From a virus, in the IMG/VR virus record IMGVR_UViG_3300032238_000599, positions 64,001 to 128,000 of that record: DNA of 64,000 bases; one strand, written 5' to 3'. Shown here one piece after another: positions 19,901 to 27,271 of this stretch (position 1 is the first letter of the stretch; every line of letters starts with the position of its first letter). A program made the translations under genes and the position numbers. Below the pieces are notes generated by a model. That model searched no databases. It worked only from the letters and a program-made list of their open reading frames with translations, and had not been told where the DNA came from.

Positions 19901-22808
19901 AAGCTCAACTGCTGGTGGCACAGCATTTACTAGTGAAATTACAACAACTACAGCACAGTCTGTATCGTTGTATGCCGCAGGATGGGATCATGTTGTTCCG
20001 GGAACTACAATTACAAACGTTCTTGACTTAACAACAACTTATATCATTGAACCTCGTATTAACTACACTGGTCCGGGATTGTTAGGAACAAGTAGAACAT
20101 TACCAGCAACTGCTACTTGGCAAGCCGCTACATATACATATGGCCAATTCTTAGCAATTGCCAACGGTAGTACAAGCACAGCATATTCCCCAGATGGGAA
20201 AACATGGGCAAGTGCAGGTGCGTTAACAACTACATCTTATGTTGATGTAGTGTTCGGTGGCGGTGAAGGCGCAATAGCAACCGCAGTTGTTGGTGGGTTA
20301 GGAGGTGTTGGCGCAGTACTTACAGCCGCCCTAGGTCCAGGCGGTGTTGGACAAGTTCAAACAGACCAAGTTGCAACCGTAACAGTTCTTAACGGCGGTA
20401 CAGGATATACAACTCCTCCAACAATCGTATTCACAGGTGGCGGCGGATCTAACGCTGTAGCTACTTGTACAGTTCTAAATGGTTCTATTGCATCAGTAAC
20501 TGTTACTGTAAACGGTAGCGCATATACTAGTGCTCCGACAGTAACAGCCGCAACAGATCGTGTAACGCAAATCAATATTGTAGCACGTGGTAAGAATTAT
20601 CTAAGTGCTCCTACCGTTACAATAAGCGGTGGAGGCTCAACTAACCAAGCTACTGGTACAGCGGTATTAACTAATAGTGGTGTAAGCTCAATTACTATTG
20701 GAAATAACGGCGGATCTGGTTATACTAGCACTCCAACAGTAACTATTTTAGATAGTACAGCAAGATATCTAGCAATTAGCGGAACAGCAGTAAACAACTG
20801 TTATCAAACAGTATCTGGAGCTATTACAGCCAGCGCTTGGACAGCAGGATCTAGTACCGGCAAGACAGATTTAAAATCTTTAGCATACGGACAAGTAGGC
20901 GGAGTAGGTTTATGGATTGCAGTAGGTGGTACTTCGGCAACTGCAAGTGCAGTATCAAGTTCAGATGGCGGCACAGCATGGACTGATCGTTCAAGTGCTA
21001 TTACTGCACTAAGCGCAGGATACTACGCAGGCGTTGCATTTGGTAATGGTTATTTTGTTGCTGTTAATAACGGCGGCAATAAGACATCTTATATGACTGG
21101 TAACCCAGCAACTTGGACAGCAGGCGGAACACTACCATTTACTACAGCAGTTAGTGTTGCTTATGGTAACGGACGTTTTGTTGTATTAGGTTCTAACGGT
21201 GCTGTTGCAATTAGTATTGATAACAGCGCAACTTGGAGCGCAATTGATACTGCAACCGGTACAACAACTAGTGTGTTATCAAGTAGCTTAACATGGTCTA
21301 CAATCAGATATGGACAAGGTTTGTTCATGGCAATTGCTCAAGGTACACAAACTTGTGCAACTAGCCCAGACGGTATCAACTGGACAGTATATGCAACAGG
21401 CATGCCAAGCTCAAGCAACTGGAAAGCTCTAGCATTTGGTAATCCAACTTCTGCAACACTAGGCGCACAACCATTATGGATTGCCGCAAGTAATACATCA
21501 GGTTCAATCGCCGCAAGTATTAGAACTGGTGCTCGTCCATTAGGCCGTATGAAAGTAATTGCTGGTGTAATAACTGAAGTTCGTATGGTAGAACCAGGAA
21601 GCGGATTCCCTAAAGGCAACGTTACTGCTACCACTGTAACAACAAACGTAATTACAACCGACGATACAACTAACTTAGTTGATAGCATGCCAGTAGTGTT
21701 TACTGGTTGCAGTACTGGCGGTCTAGCAAACAATACAGTTTATTATGTAATTGGCGCAACTATTGTAACTAACACTAGCTTCAAAGTTAGCTTAACAGCA
21801 GGTAGTGCAACACCAGTTACACTAAGTTCACAAACTGTAACAGGTACATATCGTGCAGGTCCAATTGTAACTCAGACAGATCCTAACAGAACTAAATCTG
21901 CTAACTTATGGTCACGCAATGGCGACGGTGCTCTTGGAAACCCAAGCTTCAACAACCGCGGTACTGGAAACATTACTGCTACAGCCGCAACAATTGGCGA
22001 CGGTTATAGCGACTTGTTCCAAACAGGAACTTATGTTAACGTCACCGGTTTATACAGTCAGCCAACTCCAGGTGCAAACGTACAGTTTGGATCAATTGGC
22101 AACGTATGGTATAAACTAGTTAGTGTTGTTAACTTGTTAGGGGTTGCTGGTAACTACTCTGCTAGCTTCCAAATTAACCCAGCTCTAACTACATTAAATG
22201 CACCACCACATGCTGATACAGTAGTAACAAGATTGAAGTATTCACAAGTTCGTTTAACCGGACATGACTTCTTGTACATCGGTACTGGAAATCAAACACA
22301 AACTAACTATCCTTATGTTAACCCAAATAGCGCAATTCAGGCTAATCAAGCTAACAGTTCGGGTGGCGGACGAGTATTCTTTACAAGTACTGACCAAGAC
22401 GGTAACTTCAACGTTGGTAACTTATTCGGAGTGCAACAGGCAACTGGTACTGCTACATTAAATGCTAACGCATTTAACTTGTCAGGACTACAATCATTGC
22501 AACTGGGTTCAGTTAGTTTAGGCGTCGGAAGTGCTGTAATTACACAATTCAGTACAGATCCATACTTTACTGCTAACAGTGACAACGTTGTTCCAACACA
22601 AAAAGCAATTAAGAGCTATATTAGCTCACAAATTGGTGGCGGAGCAAGTACTTTGAACGTAAATACATTAACAGCTGGTGTGATTTACTTGTCTGGAAAT
22701 AACATCTCAACAACGACAGGTGTTCAAATTAACGTAACAGCTAAAATGAATTTCGTAGGCGGAATAGACGGTGCTCCCGTAGCCCTTGCGTACTTCATGC
22801 AAAAATAA
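13923..22808 (+). CDS. Giant modular virion fibre protein (2961 aa), tandem paralog of 5865..13883
   Basis: Same MAEFKL start, CBM-like repeats and conserved blocks (GRIRATNGNSSYG, YSQVRLT.HDFL, GRVF(Y/F)TSTDQDGNF, PTQKAIK), with different inserted modules. Confidence 0.8.
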   Translation: MAEFKLGRIKFVWKGAWVGNTAYLVDDAVSYNGKSYMCVVSHTANSSSFETDLTAVTPKWQLAADGASWKGNWATNTYYAVGSQVKYGGQVYLCKTAHTSAATAALGLEADSGKWDLFASSFVWKGAWTTSTRYKVNDFVTYGGISYVCKTYHTSAATAADGLEVDILKWDVLNAGINYIGAWSGSSVRYKLNDVVKFGADLWICTGAHTSTGSTIDLVNFDIFINGFEFLNSWSSGTNYAIGDTVTYGGYTYIALDNHINKVPSTETAYWTPFTTGFNFRGEWSGATQYLIGDVVRVGGYTYLANGDSLNSAPPSGDWSRLNSGIRFVNTTASYTTVSTTNVTVTNGSATGAQFTVARSNTVYTLTRTANGSNYTSGDIIKILGTAVGGQTPSNDITITVTASAGSITGQTHTGVAVTWTTGTAYVAGDAVQYGANTYICILAHTADSSKRPDADVLGTYWNLLTAGAESNALTTTGDTYYYGSAGPARLPVGNEGQVLRVNSGLPSWGYFGQVNNLIYVAPTGTDRTDFGITPENPLKTVRYAAKLIEDGYLNQNACALLAKNKQFAIKEVNNYLQYTYRTSVTGTSGGAFTTANTSKLVVNTPITFTNQTGSLTLGGSAITSTTVYYVKAITTDISFTVSATAGGAALVAGGTGTATGQYYVDQTKAERDSGFVYEAIVHDLGHNGTWKTTAAVRSYYTTAGTNYITAQTGYQITQFAAGQLYLKTLIQKILANTAPSSNYQTLNSVVTTANQIIDTTLTAETGAVTTTNTLVDLVVNGMLAGSTTSLAAEVFPNTTISIKTGTYNEVLPIVLSSNTAVVGDELRSTVIQPKAANGLLSGDKAKTTAALNRIKAVIPDLVANTTISATSGNTQTQIKTLPAGSAGSTAASTAVVSSVGVMNSIVAGGLSNVPAFSYTTPTGYNSSYLIGFGDGKAQLVQNYQFIKDEISAYLNTNYPVVWAALGAGGQASCQRDVGYMLDAVVYDMTYGSNYQSLIAGSAYYSFGVSTIAASEKAATVAAYYRLEEVVNYVVQKNTSWTKSTGNSTSQITTGTAGSAASAYFASARIQDINNWVTAGSEQTTASAFTGSTSTTTLTVTAITSGTIVAGSCLTGGAIAAGTYINTQLTATNAATATTTATASSGATSITVASATNIVAGQLITATNIPQGTFVRNDYVSGTTINLVTIYGSPVQTLGALSTTSISFYAPGNTGTYQISVSQAQSSTTLTGNASITPVTSGAYALATSALQTAWTALQARRTEIQSDTVVWVQKFYQNVNFNAGTTSPCYRDAGLIVDALGWDMVLGTNFNSITVGRSYYRAIASAQLVLSSQKNAEIGAIQFIGYKAKMVASSGASAQLTQMIDDIKEYINGTTSITCTATTATTNVITTSSTANLVLGMPIVFTGTVAGGIVAGQTYYVLAIPSSTTFTVTSASGSTVALTLTTTTSQSFAGVQTSLQTYGTITYDNTLATIKGAEILRANKTFLSYEASAYITATYTYSVTTTTASNDRFTVSGTHAFVTGDPVVFSGTPFAGSGVTAGTVYYVTSTPTSATFTVSATQGGTNIDISSNGSGTFTVAYSFDATSCRRDAAAIIDAMVYDLQYTGNYKSLRAAQLYVNAINGSKLENMFLVRNGTGVRNMTLQGLNGTLTQVNVYGTKRPTAGAYVALDPGFGPNDTNVWITTRSCYSQNVTMFGTGCSGGKVDAALHAGGNKSMVKNDFTTIISDGIGVWCTGAGSLTELVSVFNYYGYAGYLAELGGRIRATNGNSSYGTYGVIAEGTDTYETSINATVTNRANQALISNVVTDSVNKVWRFEYSNAGNAYTNTVHTISGTGYNAAATADEFRDAAIFETRIVDLNDNNGVGGTNYVTQSNAAQGGAVGEITIAATDTALSTAYTGMRIQITAGTGVGQYANILNYNNGNKKAIIYKDSFATLTITATTNGSPSTVTVASTSTLYANMPFLVASTVGGLTLNTVYYVKTIVNATTFSVSSTAGGTAFTSEITTTTAQSVSLYAAGWDHVVPGTTITNVLDLTTTYIIEPRINYTGPGLLGTSRTLPATATWQAATYTYGQFLAIANGSTSTAYSPDGKTWASAGALTTTSYVDVVFGGGEGAIATAVVGGLGGVGAVLTAALGPGGVGQVQTDQVATVTVLNGGTGYTTPPTIVFTGGGGSNAVATCTVLNGSIASVTVTVNGSAYTSAPTVTAATDRVTQINIVARGKNYLSAPTVTISGGGSTNQATGTAVLTNSGVSSITIGNNGGSGYTSTPTVTILDSTARYLAISGTAVNNCYQTVSGAITASAWTAGSSTGKTDLKSLAYGQVGGVGLWIAVGGTSATASAVSSSDGGTAWTDRSSAITALSAGYYAGVAFGNGYFVAVNNGGNKTSYMTGNPATWTAGGTLPFTTAVSVAYGNGRFVVLGSNGAVAISIDNSATWSAIDTATGTTTSVLSSSLTWSTIRYGQGLFMAIAQGTQTCATSPDGINWTVYATGMPSSSNWKALAFGNPTSATLGAQPLWIAASNTSGSIAASIRTGARPLGRMKVIAGVITEVRMVEPGSGFPKGNVTATTVTTNVITTDDTTNLVDSMPVVFTGCSTGGLANNTVYYVIGATIVTNTSFKVSLTAGSATPVTLSSQTVTGTYRAGPIVTQTDPNRTKSANLWSRNGDGALGNPSFNNRGTGNITATAATIGDGYSDLFQTGTYVNVTGLYSQPTPGANVQFGSIGNVWYKLVSVVNLLGVAGNYSASFQINPALTTLNAPPHADTVVTRLKYSQVRLTGHDFLYIGTGNQTQTNYPYVNPNSAIQANQANSSGGGRVFFTSTDQDGNFNVGNLFGVQQATGTATLNANAFNLSGLQSLQLGSVSLGVGSAVITQFSTDPYFTANSDNVVPTQKAIKSYISSQIGGGASTLNVNTLTAGVIYLSGNNISTTTGVQINVTAKMNFVGGIDGAPVALAYFMQK

Positions 22809-22825
22809 TTTTGGAGAAATAAACC

Positions 22826-23173
22826 ATGGCATCAGGAAGATTAGGGATTAGTACAAGTTTAACAGGCGGCTCAAATGCTACTGTTTATACTGTTCCAACA
22901 GGCTATTACGCCGTACTAAACGTTAACGTTACAAACACTAGCTCTGTTGGTGTTACTGCAAGAGTTGCCGTTACATCAAATCCAGCGTCAATTGGCGCAA
23001 GCGAGTGGATTGAATACGGTGTAGGTATTGCACCTGGCGGAACTTTAGAAAGAACAGGTATTGTAGCAGACGCAGGAAAAGCTATTGTTGTATGGGCAAG
23101 TACTAGCACTTCGGGCTCAATAGGTAGTTGCGTAAACGCTAACGTGTTTGGCATTGAAACTTCAACAACCTAA
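22826..23173 (+). CDS. Small virion structural protein (fibre-associated)
   Basis: GGAG SD; 115 aa with TVYTVP...VNVTN...LERTGIV; similar to 5113..5439. Confidence 0.6.
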   Translation: MASGRLGISTSLTGGSNATVYTVPTGYYAVLNVNVTNTSSVGVTARVAVTSNPASIGASEWIEYGVGIAPGGTLERTGIVADAGKAIVVWASTSTSGSIGSCVNANVFGIETSTT

Positions 23174-23176
23174 ATA
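23171..23176 (+). promoter_or_regulatory. Late promoter core TAAATA overlapping the stop codon
   Basis: TAA stop extends into TAAATA upstream of 23195. Confidence 0.45.
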
Positions 23177-23194
23177 GAACAAGTGAGATAAAAG

Positions 23195-24070
23195 ATGGCT
23201 CGATATAATACAGCGTTTAAAACATTAGTTGTTACCGGAACAGCAACTATTAGCACACCATTGCAGGGAACTGTGCTGGTGTCGCTTACAAGCACAGCCG
23301 GCTATACGGTAACATTACCAAGCCCTGTGTTATTTCCTGGTGCAAGTTTACAAATTTATAATAATACCAGCGGTGCGTGTACATTAAGCACACCAGCTGG
23401 TAACTTTACAGTCGGCGCCGCAGGTGCAAGTACGCAAGCGATTGCATCGGGACAAGTTTTTACTCACGTGTCAGATGGCGCAAACTGGATTACATGGTCA
23501 GATGTAAACGGCCCTGGCTCATTTACTACACTAACAGCAAGCTCAACAGTAACATTAAGTCCTGCAAGTGCCAACGTAGCAATTAGTCCAAGCGGTAGTG
23601 GTAACGTAACTATTGCTCCTGCAAGTCCCGGTGCAATTAACAACATGACCATTGGTGGTAGCACACCATTAGCTGGTACATTTAATGCACTAACATCAAC
23701 TGGTACAACTACGTTACAGTTGATTAGTGAGGTATTAAACACAAAATCGGGTGCAAATGGTACTGTTGTCCATGACGCAAGTACTGGCGACATTTGGTAT
23801 CACTCAAGCATTGCATCCTCTTTTACAGCAAACTTTACTAACGTGCCAACTACTTCAAACAGAACTCTAGTTATGACGCTAATACTAGCTCAAGGTGGCA
23901 CACCATTTAATGCGACTGGCGTACAAATTAACGGTACTGGTTATAGTATTAACTGGGCCGGTGGTGTTGTACCTTCAGGTCGTGCAAGTAAGATTGACGT
24001 TGTGACGTTCTTCATCTATAACGTAGGTGGAACATTTGCAGTTACTGGACAGATGAGCTCATTCGGCTAA
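23195..24070 (+). CDS. Tail fibre (distal) protein
   Basis: T/S/G-rich; TVTLP...NN...TL...SDG.NW module, INNMTIGGSTPLAGTF fibre motif, C-terminal INWAGG..P.....IDVVTF domain. Confidence 0.6.
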   Translation: MARYNTAFKTLVVTGTATISTPLQGTVLVSLTSTAGYTVTLPSPVLFPGASLQIYNNTSGACTLSTPAGNFTVGAAGASTQAIASGQVFTHVSDGANWITWSDVNGPGSFTTLTASSTVTLSPASANVAISPSGSGNVTIAPASPGAINNMTIGGSTPLAGTFNALTSTGTTTLQLISEVLNTKSGANGTVVHDASTGDIWYHSSIASSFTANFTNVPTTSNRTLVMTLILAQGGTPFNATGVQINGTGYSINWAGGVVPSGRASKIDVVTFFIYNVGGTFAVTGQMSSFG

Positions 24071-24092
24071 TATTGGACACTAGGAGAATTTA

Positions 24093-25718
24093 ATGCCATT
24101 AGTAGGAACATTCGGTGGTAATACCACAGCAAAAGGTGTAGGTGGATATCACCCTGGTGCAGGACCAGTTGACACCACATCCAGCGCCGCGCAAGGTGTA
24201 ATTGGTACTACTACTGTATCAGGAAGTTTAAACGGTACAATTTATAACCTAAGTGCTAGTTCAGTTACTGGACAGCGTATTACACAAGACCCATTTTTTA
24301 TGGGTAACGTTACCTACAGTTTAGTAGGTGCAACTAGTGGAACAGCTAGTAATACTAACGGTACGAACGTCACTGTTAGTACAACTACCGGATTATATAC
24401 TGGACAAGCAATTTATTTTTCTGGTTACGGCACCGGCGCTTTAAATAGTGCAAGTACTAGTGCGGCTTTAACACCCGGGCAGTATTGGATTACAGCAATT
24501 GGCAGTGGCGTTATCAGCATTGCAAGAACAAGCGGGGGAACTGCTATTAACTTTGGCGGATCTACTACGTTAACTGGCGTTAACTGGACTACAGGTCTCC
24601 CTCCGGGATTTAGCTTTAACGCTTCGACTGGAACTATTAGTGGTAGTTTAACAATTAATGCAAATACAAACCCGGGTGAAAAAGCCGGTATTATTAATCA
24701 CACAGTTCCAACAACTGGTGCAAACAGTATTGGTACAGGACCGTATAATCCTAACGGCATTCAGCCAGCAACTTATCGTGTAACTGTCCGTGCCACAGAT
24801 AATAGTTATGCTAACAACTATTCAGAGCGTTACTACGATATTAACTTGTCAGTTCCATTTGCTTACAGACAAATTATTACTGTAGGATATACTCAAGCGG
24901 GATATGCTAATTCAAGTACATGGACCGACAGTCAAAAAACAGTTGGTGCTAATGATACAACAACTTTATTAGCCGGCAACCAAGAAGCAAGCCATAACTA
25001 TCAAATGAGCGCACATAACTATACACGTTCATTTACCTATGGAGCTTCTGGTACGCATTGCGGAGCGGCAAGTAACATTATTGCATTTAACATGAGAACA
25101 GAAACTAACAACACTTCGGGTTATACTAGAAGTTATCCAGTTAGCCAGAATAACTGTTCTACATTAATGAACGAATTTTATTATGCATGGATTTCAAGCC
25201 CAGCAACAGCTTCAGTGTATGAGCATAATATGACCACTGAAACAATCACCGGCGCAGTTCCAGGCATGAGTTTATCAAATCCTCTAGTTGGAGGAAACTG
25301 GGACGGTTACGGATGGTGGGGCCCAAGCGGCGCAACCATGAACTATGCTACACGTACTAACACATCCGGGCGCGGCGGCCAAGGCGGCGACGCTCAGTGT
25401 AAAGTTCTAATGAACAAACAACGTTACCAGTATGCGGGGCGTGAAGGCTGTCCAAATAGTAACTGGCGCCGCAGTGATATGACTACTGCTACAACAAGTG
25501 ATAGCGCACCAGGAAAGTACTATAACTCAGGTGAAGAAAATCACACAACTGTACAAGATTGGGGCTACTGTGTTGGATATTATGGTCCTGCTGGACACGT
25601 TAATACCAGTTACAAGTTTGTTTATGCTACAGAAGCCAACTCTGGATCTACTTCATCATTAGACTGTAAAGGTGGACACCCGGGAAACAGCTCAGCAACA
25701 GCGGCATGGCGAGATTAA
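24093..25718 (+). CDS. Putative fibre-tip adhesin/receptor-binding protein with Ig-like domain and C-terminal propeller-like region
   Basis: AGGAG SD; Gly-rich MPLVGTFGG start; LPPGFSFNASTGTISG and VTVRATD Ig-like motifs; C-terminal ~290 aa with kelch-like GY..GY repeats and several Cys. Confidence 0.55.
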   Translation: MPLVGTFGGNTTAKGVGGYHPGAGPVDTTSSAAQGVIGTTTVSGSLNGTIYNLSASSVTGQRITQDPFFMGNVTYSLVGATSGTASNTNGTNVTVSTTTGLYTGQAIYFSGYGTGALNSASTSAALTPGQYWITAIGSGVISIARTSGGTAINFGGSTTLTGVNWTTGLPPGFSFNASTGTISGSLTINANTNPGEKAGIINHTVPTTGANSIGTGPYNPNGIQPATYRVTVRATDNSYANNYSERYYDINLSVPFAYRQIITVGYTQAGYANSSTWTDSQKTVGANDTTTLLAGNQEASHNYQMSAHNYTRSFTYGASGTHCGAASNIIAFNMRTETNNTSGYTRSYPVSQNNCSTLMNEFYYAWISSPATASVYEHNMTTETITGAVPGMSLSNPLVGGNWDGYGWWGPSGATMNYATRTNTSGRGGQGGDAQCKVLMNKQRYQYAGREGCPNSNWRRSDMTTATTSDSAPGKYYNSGEENHTTVQDWGYCVGYYGPAGHVNTSYKFVYATEANSGSTSSLDCKGGHPGNSSATAAWRD

Positions 25719-25723
25719 ACTAA

Positions 25724-25729
25724 TAAATA
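25724..25729 (+). promoter_or_regulatory. Late promoter core TAAATA
   Basis: AATAAATA upstream of 25759, followed by GGAG SD. Confidence 0.55.
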
Positions 25730-25758
25730 TTCAACAATTTTATTAGCACGGAGACACC

Positions 25759-26652
25759 ATGATCGAAAGAACCGATAGAATATTTGAGTATCATCAAAAA
25801 TTTCAATTAAGCAAACCAAATACTGACATATCAATGCTTTCAGAGCGAGAGGTAGAAATTATCAAAATCGCTATGAACAAAGAATGGACAAACCCTAAAT
25901 TTAAAATGAAGTGGTTTGTTGGTAACGCACAAGTTACAGCATTTGCACAGTTCCGTCAATTTTTAATGGAACTAAAAGCTAAAGAAGAAGCCATCGAAGA
26001 CTTAGAATATAACGTTGCCAAGTATGATATTGAACTTACTCGCAACGAACGTCTTATTGAAGAAAGCCCAGACGATTTAGAACGTAAACTAGCAGAGTTA
26101 GATATTTGGCGTTTAAAACGAGATAAAGAACGTACACAACGTATTCTTCAAAATTGGTATCTAGAGCGCCAGCAATTCTGTGACCTACTAGTAGAAATGT
26201 CAGGAACTGATGCAGTTAAACTGCCTGACGGTAGTGGTAGAACTTACTGGGATATTATTGGAACCGATGAAGAAGATGTCTATGAAAAAGTGTTATGGAC
26301 AAATCGTCTAGCAAAACAAGCGGCCTGCGACATTATGTTCTATGGGCGTATTAATACCGGTAACATGGATGCTATTTTACAAATGGATCCTGATCAACAG
26401 GCTGAAACATTTGCACTAGCAACTGACTTTAGCATTAAAATACAAACACATTTACATCAGTTACAAGCAAATGCCGAAGAAACTGCTAGACTTCCAGGTG
26501 CACCGTTTGATCTTAAAGAACTAAAAGCTCCTAATATTCCATTAGACGACGGTATAGCACAGAAATTAGATACTATCATGCCTCCCGCAACACCAATTAT
26601 GCCTGAGGATGATAAAGATGACAAGGATTTATTAAATGTATATAATGTTTGA
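25759..26652 (+). CDS. Hypothetical acidic, coiled-coil-rich protein (possible fibre assembly chaperone)
   Basis: 297 aa, GGAG SD, heptad-like ELKAKEEAIEDLEYNVAKYDIEL region. Function is inferred from position only. Confidence 0.6.
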   Translation: MIERTDRIFEYHQKFQLSKPNTDISMLSEREVEIIKIAMNKEWTNPKFKMKWFVGNAQVTAFAQFRQFLMELKAKEEAIEDLEYNVAKYDIELTRNERLIEESPDDLERKLAELDIWRLKRDKERTQRILQNWYLERQQFCDLLVEMSGTDAVKLPDGSGRTYWDIIGTDEEDVYEKVLWTNRLAKQAACDIMFYGRINTGNMDAILQMDPDQQAETFALATDFSIKIQTHLHQLQANAEETARLPGAPFDLKELKAPNIPLDDGIAQKLDTIMPPATPIMPEDDKDDKDLLNVYNV

Positions 26653-27202
26653 ATCCCAACACTGGGAAGATCAGCGAATTAAGTACTTTGGAAGTACCTG
26701 GTTTATGCAGATTGCACACATCGATGAAGCAGACGAAGCAAGCGTTGATATTACTCCACTAAAAGGTATTGTAATTTCAAAAGATCTAGCCTATTGCTTA
26801 AAGATGCATCATGCAACTGAAGGTAAAATCATTGTCCGTGAACTAAAAGAAATTATGGACTATGCAGACTATGAAAGCCCAACAGAATTAAACTACGGTG
26901 ATAATGGTGGTCGTAAAGATTATTACACGCTAACCGAACAGCAATTGGCTAACTCTATCCAGTTTATTAAAAATATGATGACTATTTTCATGGACAATTA
27001 TGGACATAGAAAAGATCCTGCTGCCTTAATGGAACTGAAAAAGCAAGTGATGAATTTGCCTGCTACCGGTACTGTAGAAAATTTAAACAATGCTCAAATG
27101 TTTATGAGTACATATTTTGAATATCAAACTCCATATACACAACATAGAGAAAAAACACCGTCAATTGGCATACGCTTTCAATTTGATGGTGAAGGTTGGT
27201 AA
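26636..27202 (+). CDS. Hypothetical protein
   Basis: 188 aa, AAGGA SD, overlaps the upstream gene by 17 nt (translational coupling). Confidence 0.6.
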   Translation: MYIMFESQHWEDQRIKYFGSTWFMQIAHIDEADEASVDITPLKGIVISKDLAYCLKMHHATEGKIIVRELKEIMDYADYESPTELNYGDNGGRKDYYTLTEQQLANSIQFIKNMMTIFMDNYGHRKDPAALMELKKQVMNLPATGTVENLNNAQMFMSTYFEYQTPYTQHREKTPSIGIRFQFDGEGW

Positions 27203-27225
27203 ACTCACAACTTCACTAAACAAAC

Positions 27226-27260
27226 AAGATGCTACAATAAGTAATGTAGCATCTTTTTTT
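27226..27260 (+). terminator. Intrinsic terminator-like hairpin with TAAGTA in the loop
   Basis: Perfect 11-bp stem AAGATGCTACA / TGTAGCATCTT, 8-nt loop ATAAGTAA, followed by a T run. Confidence 0.7.
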
Positions 27261-27271
27261 ACGGCAGAATT

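Noticed and set aside
1280-23793. Many short minus-strand and off-frame ORFs within the giant fibre genes
   Set aside because: They are shadows of the biased T/G/S/V codon usage on the coding strand, fully nested, with no SD or motif support.
24093-27202. Diversity-generating retroelement acting on the fibre tip
   Set aside because: No reverse transcriptase and no template/variable repeat pair differing at adenines was seen in the window.
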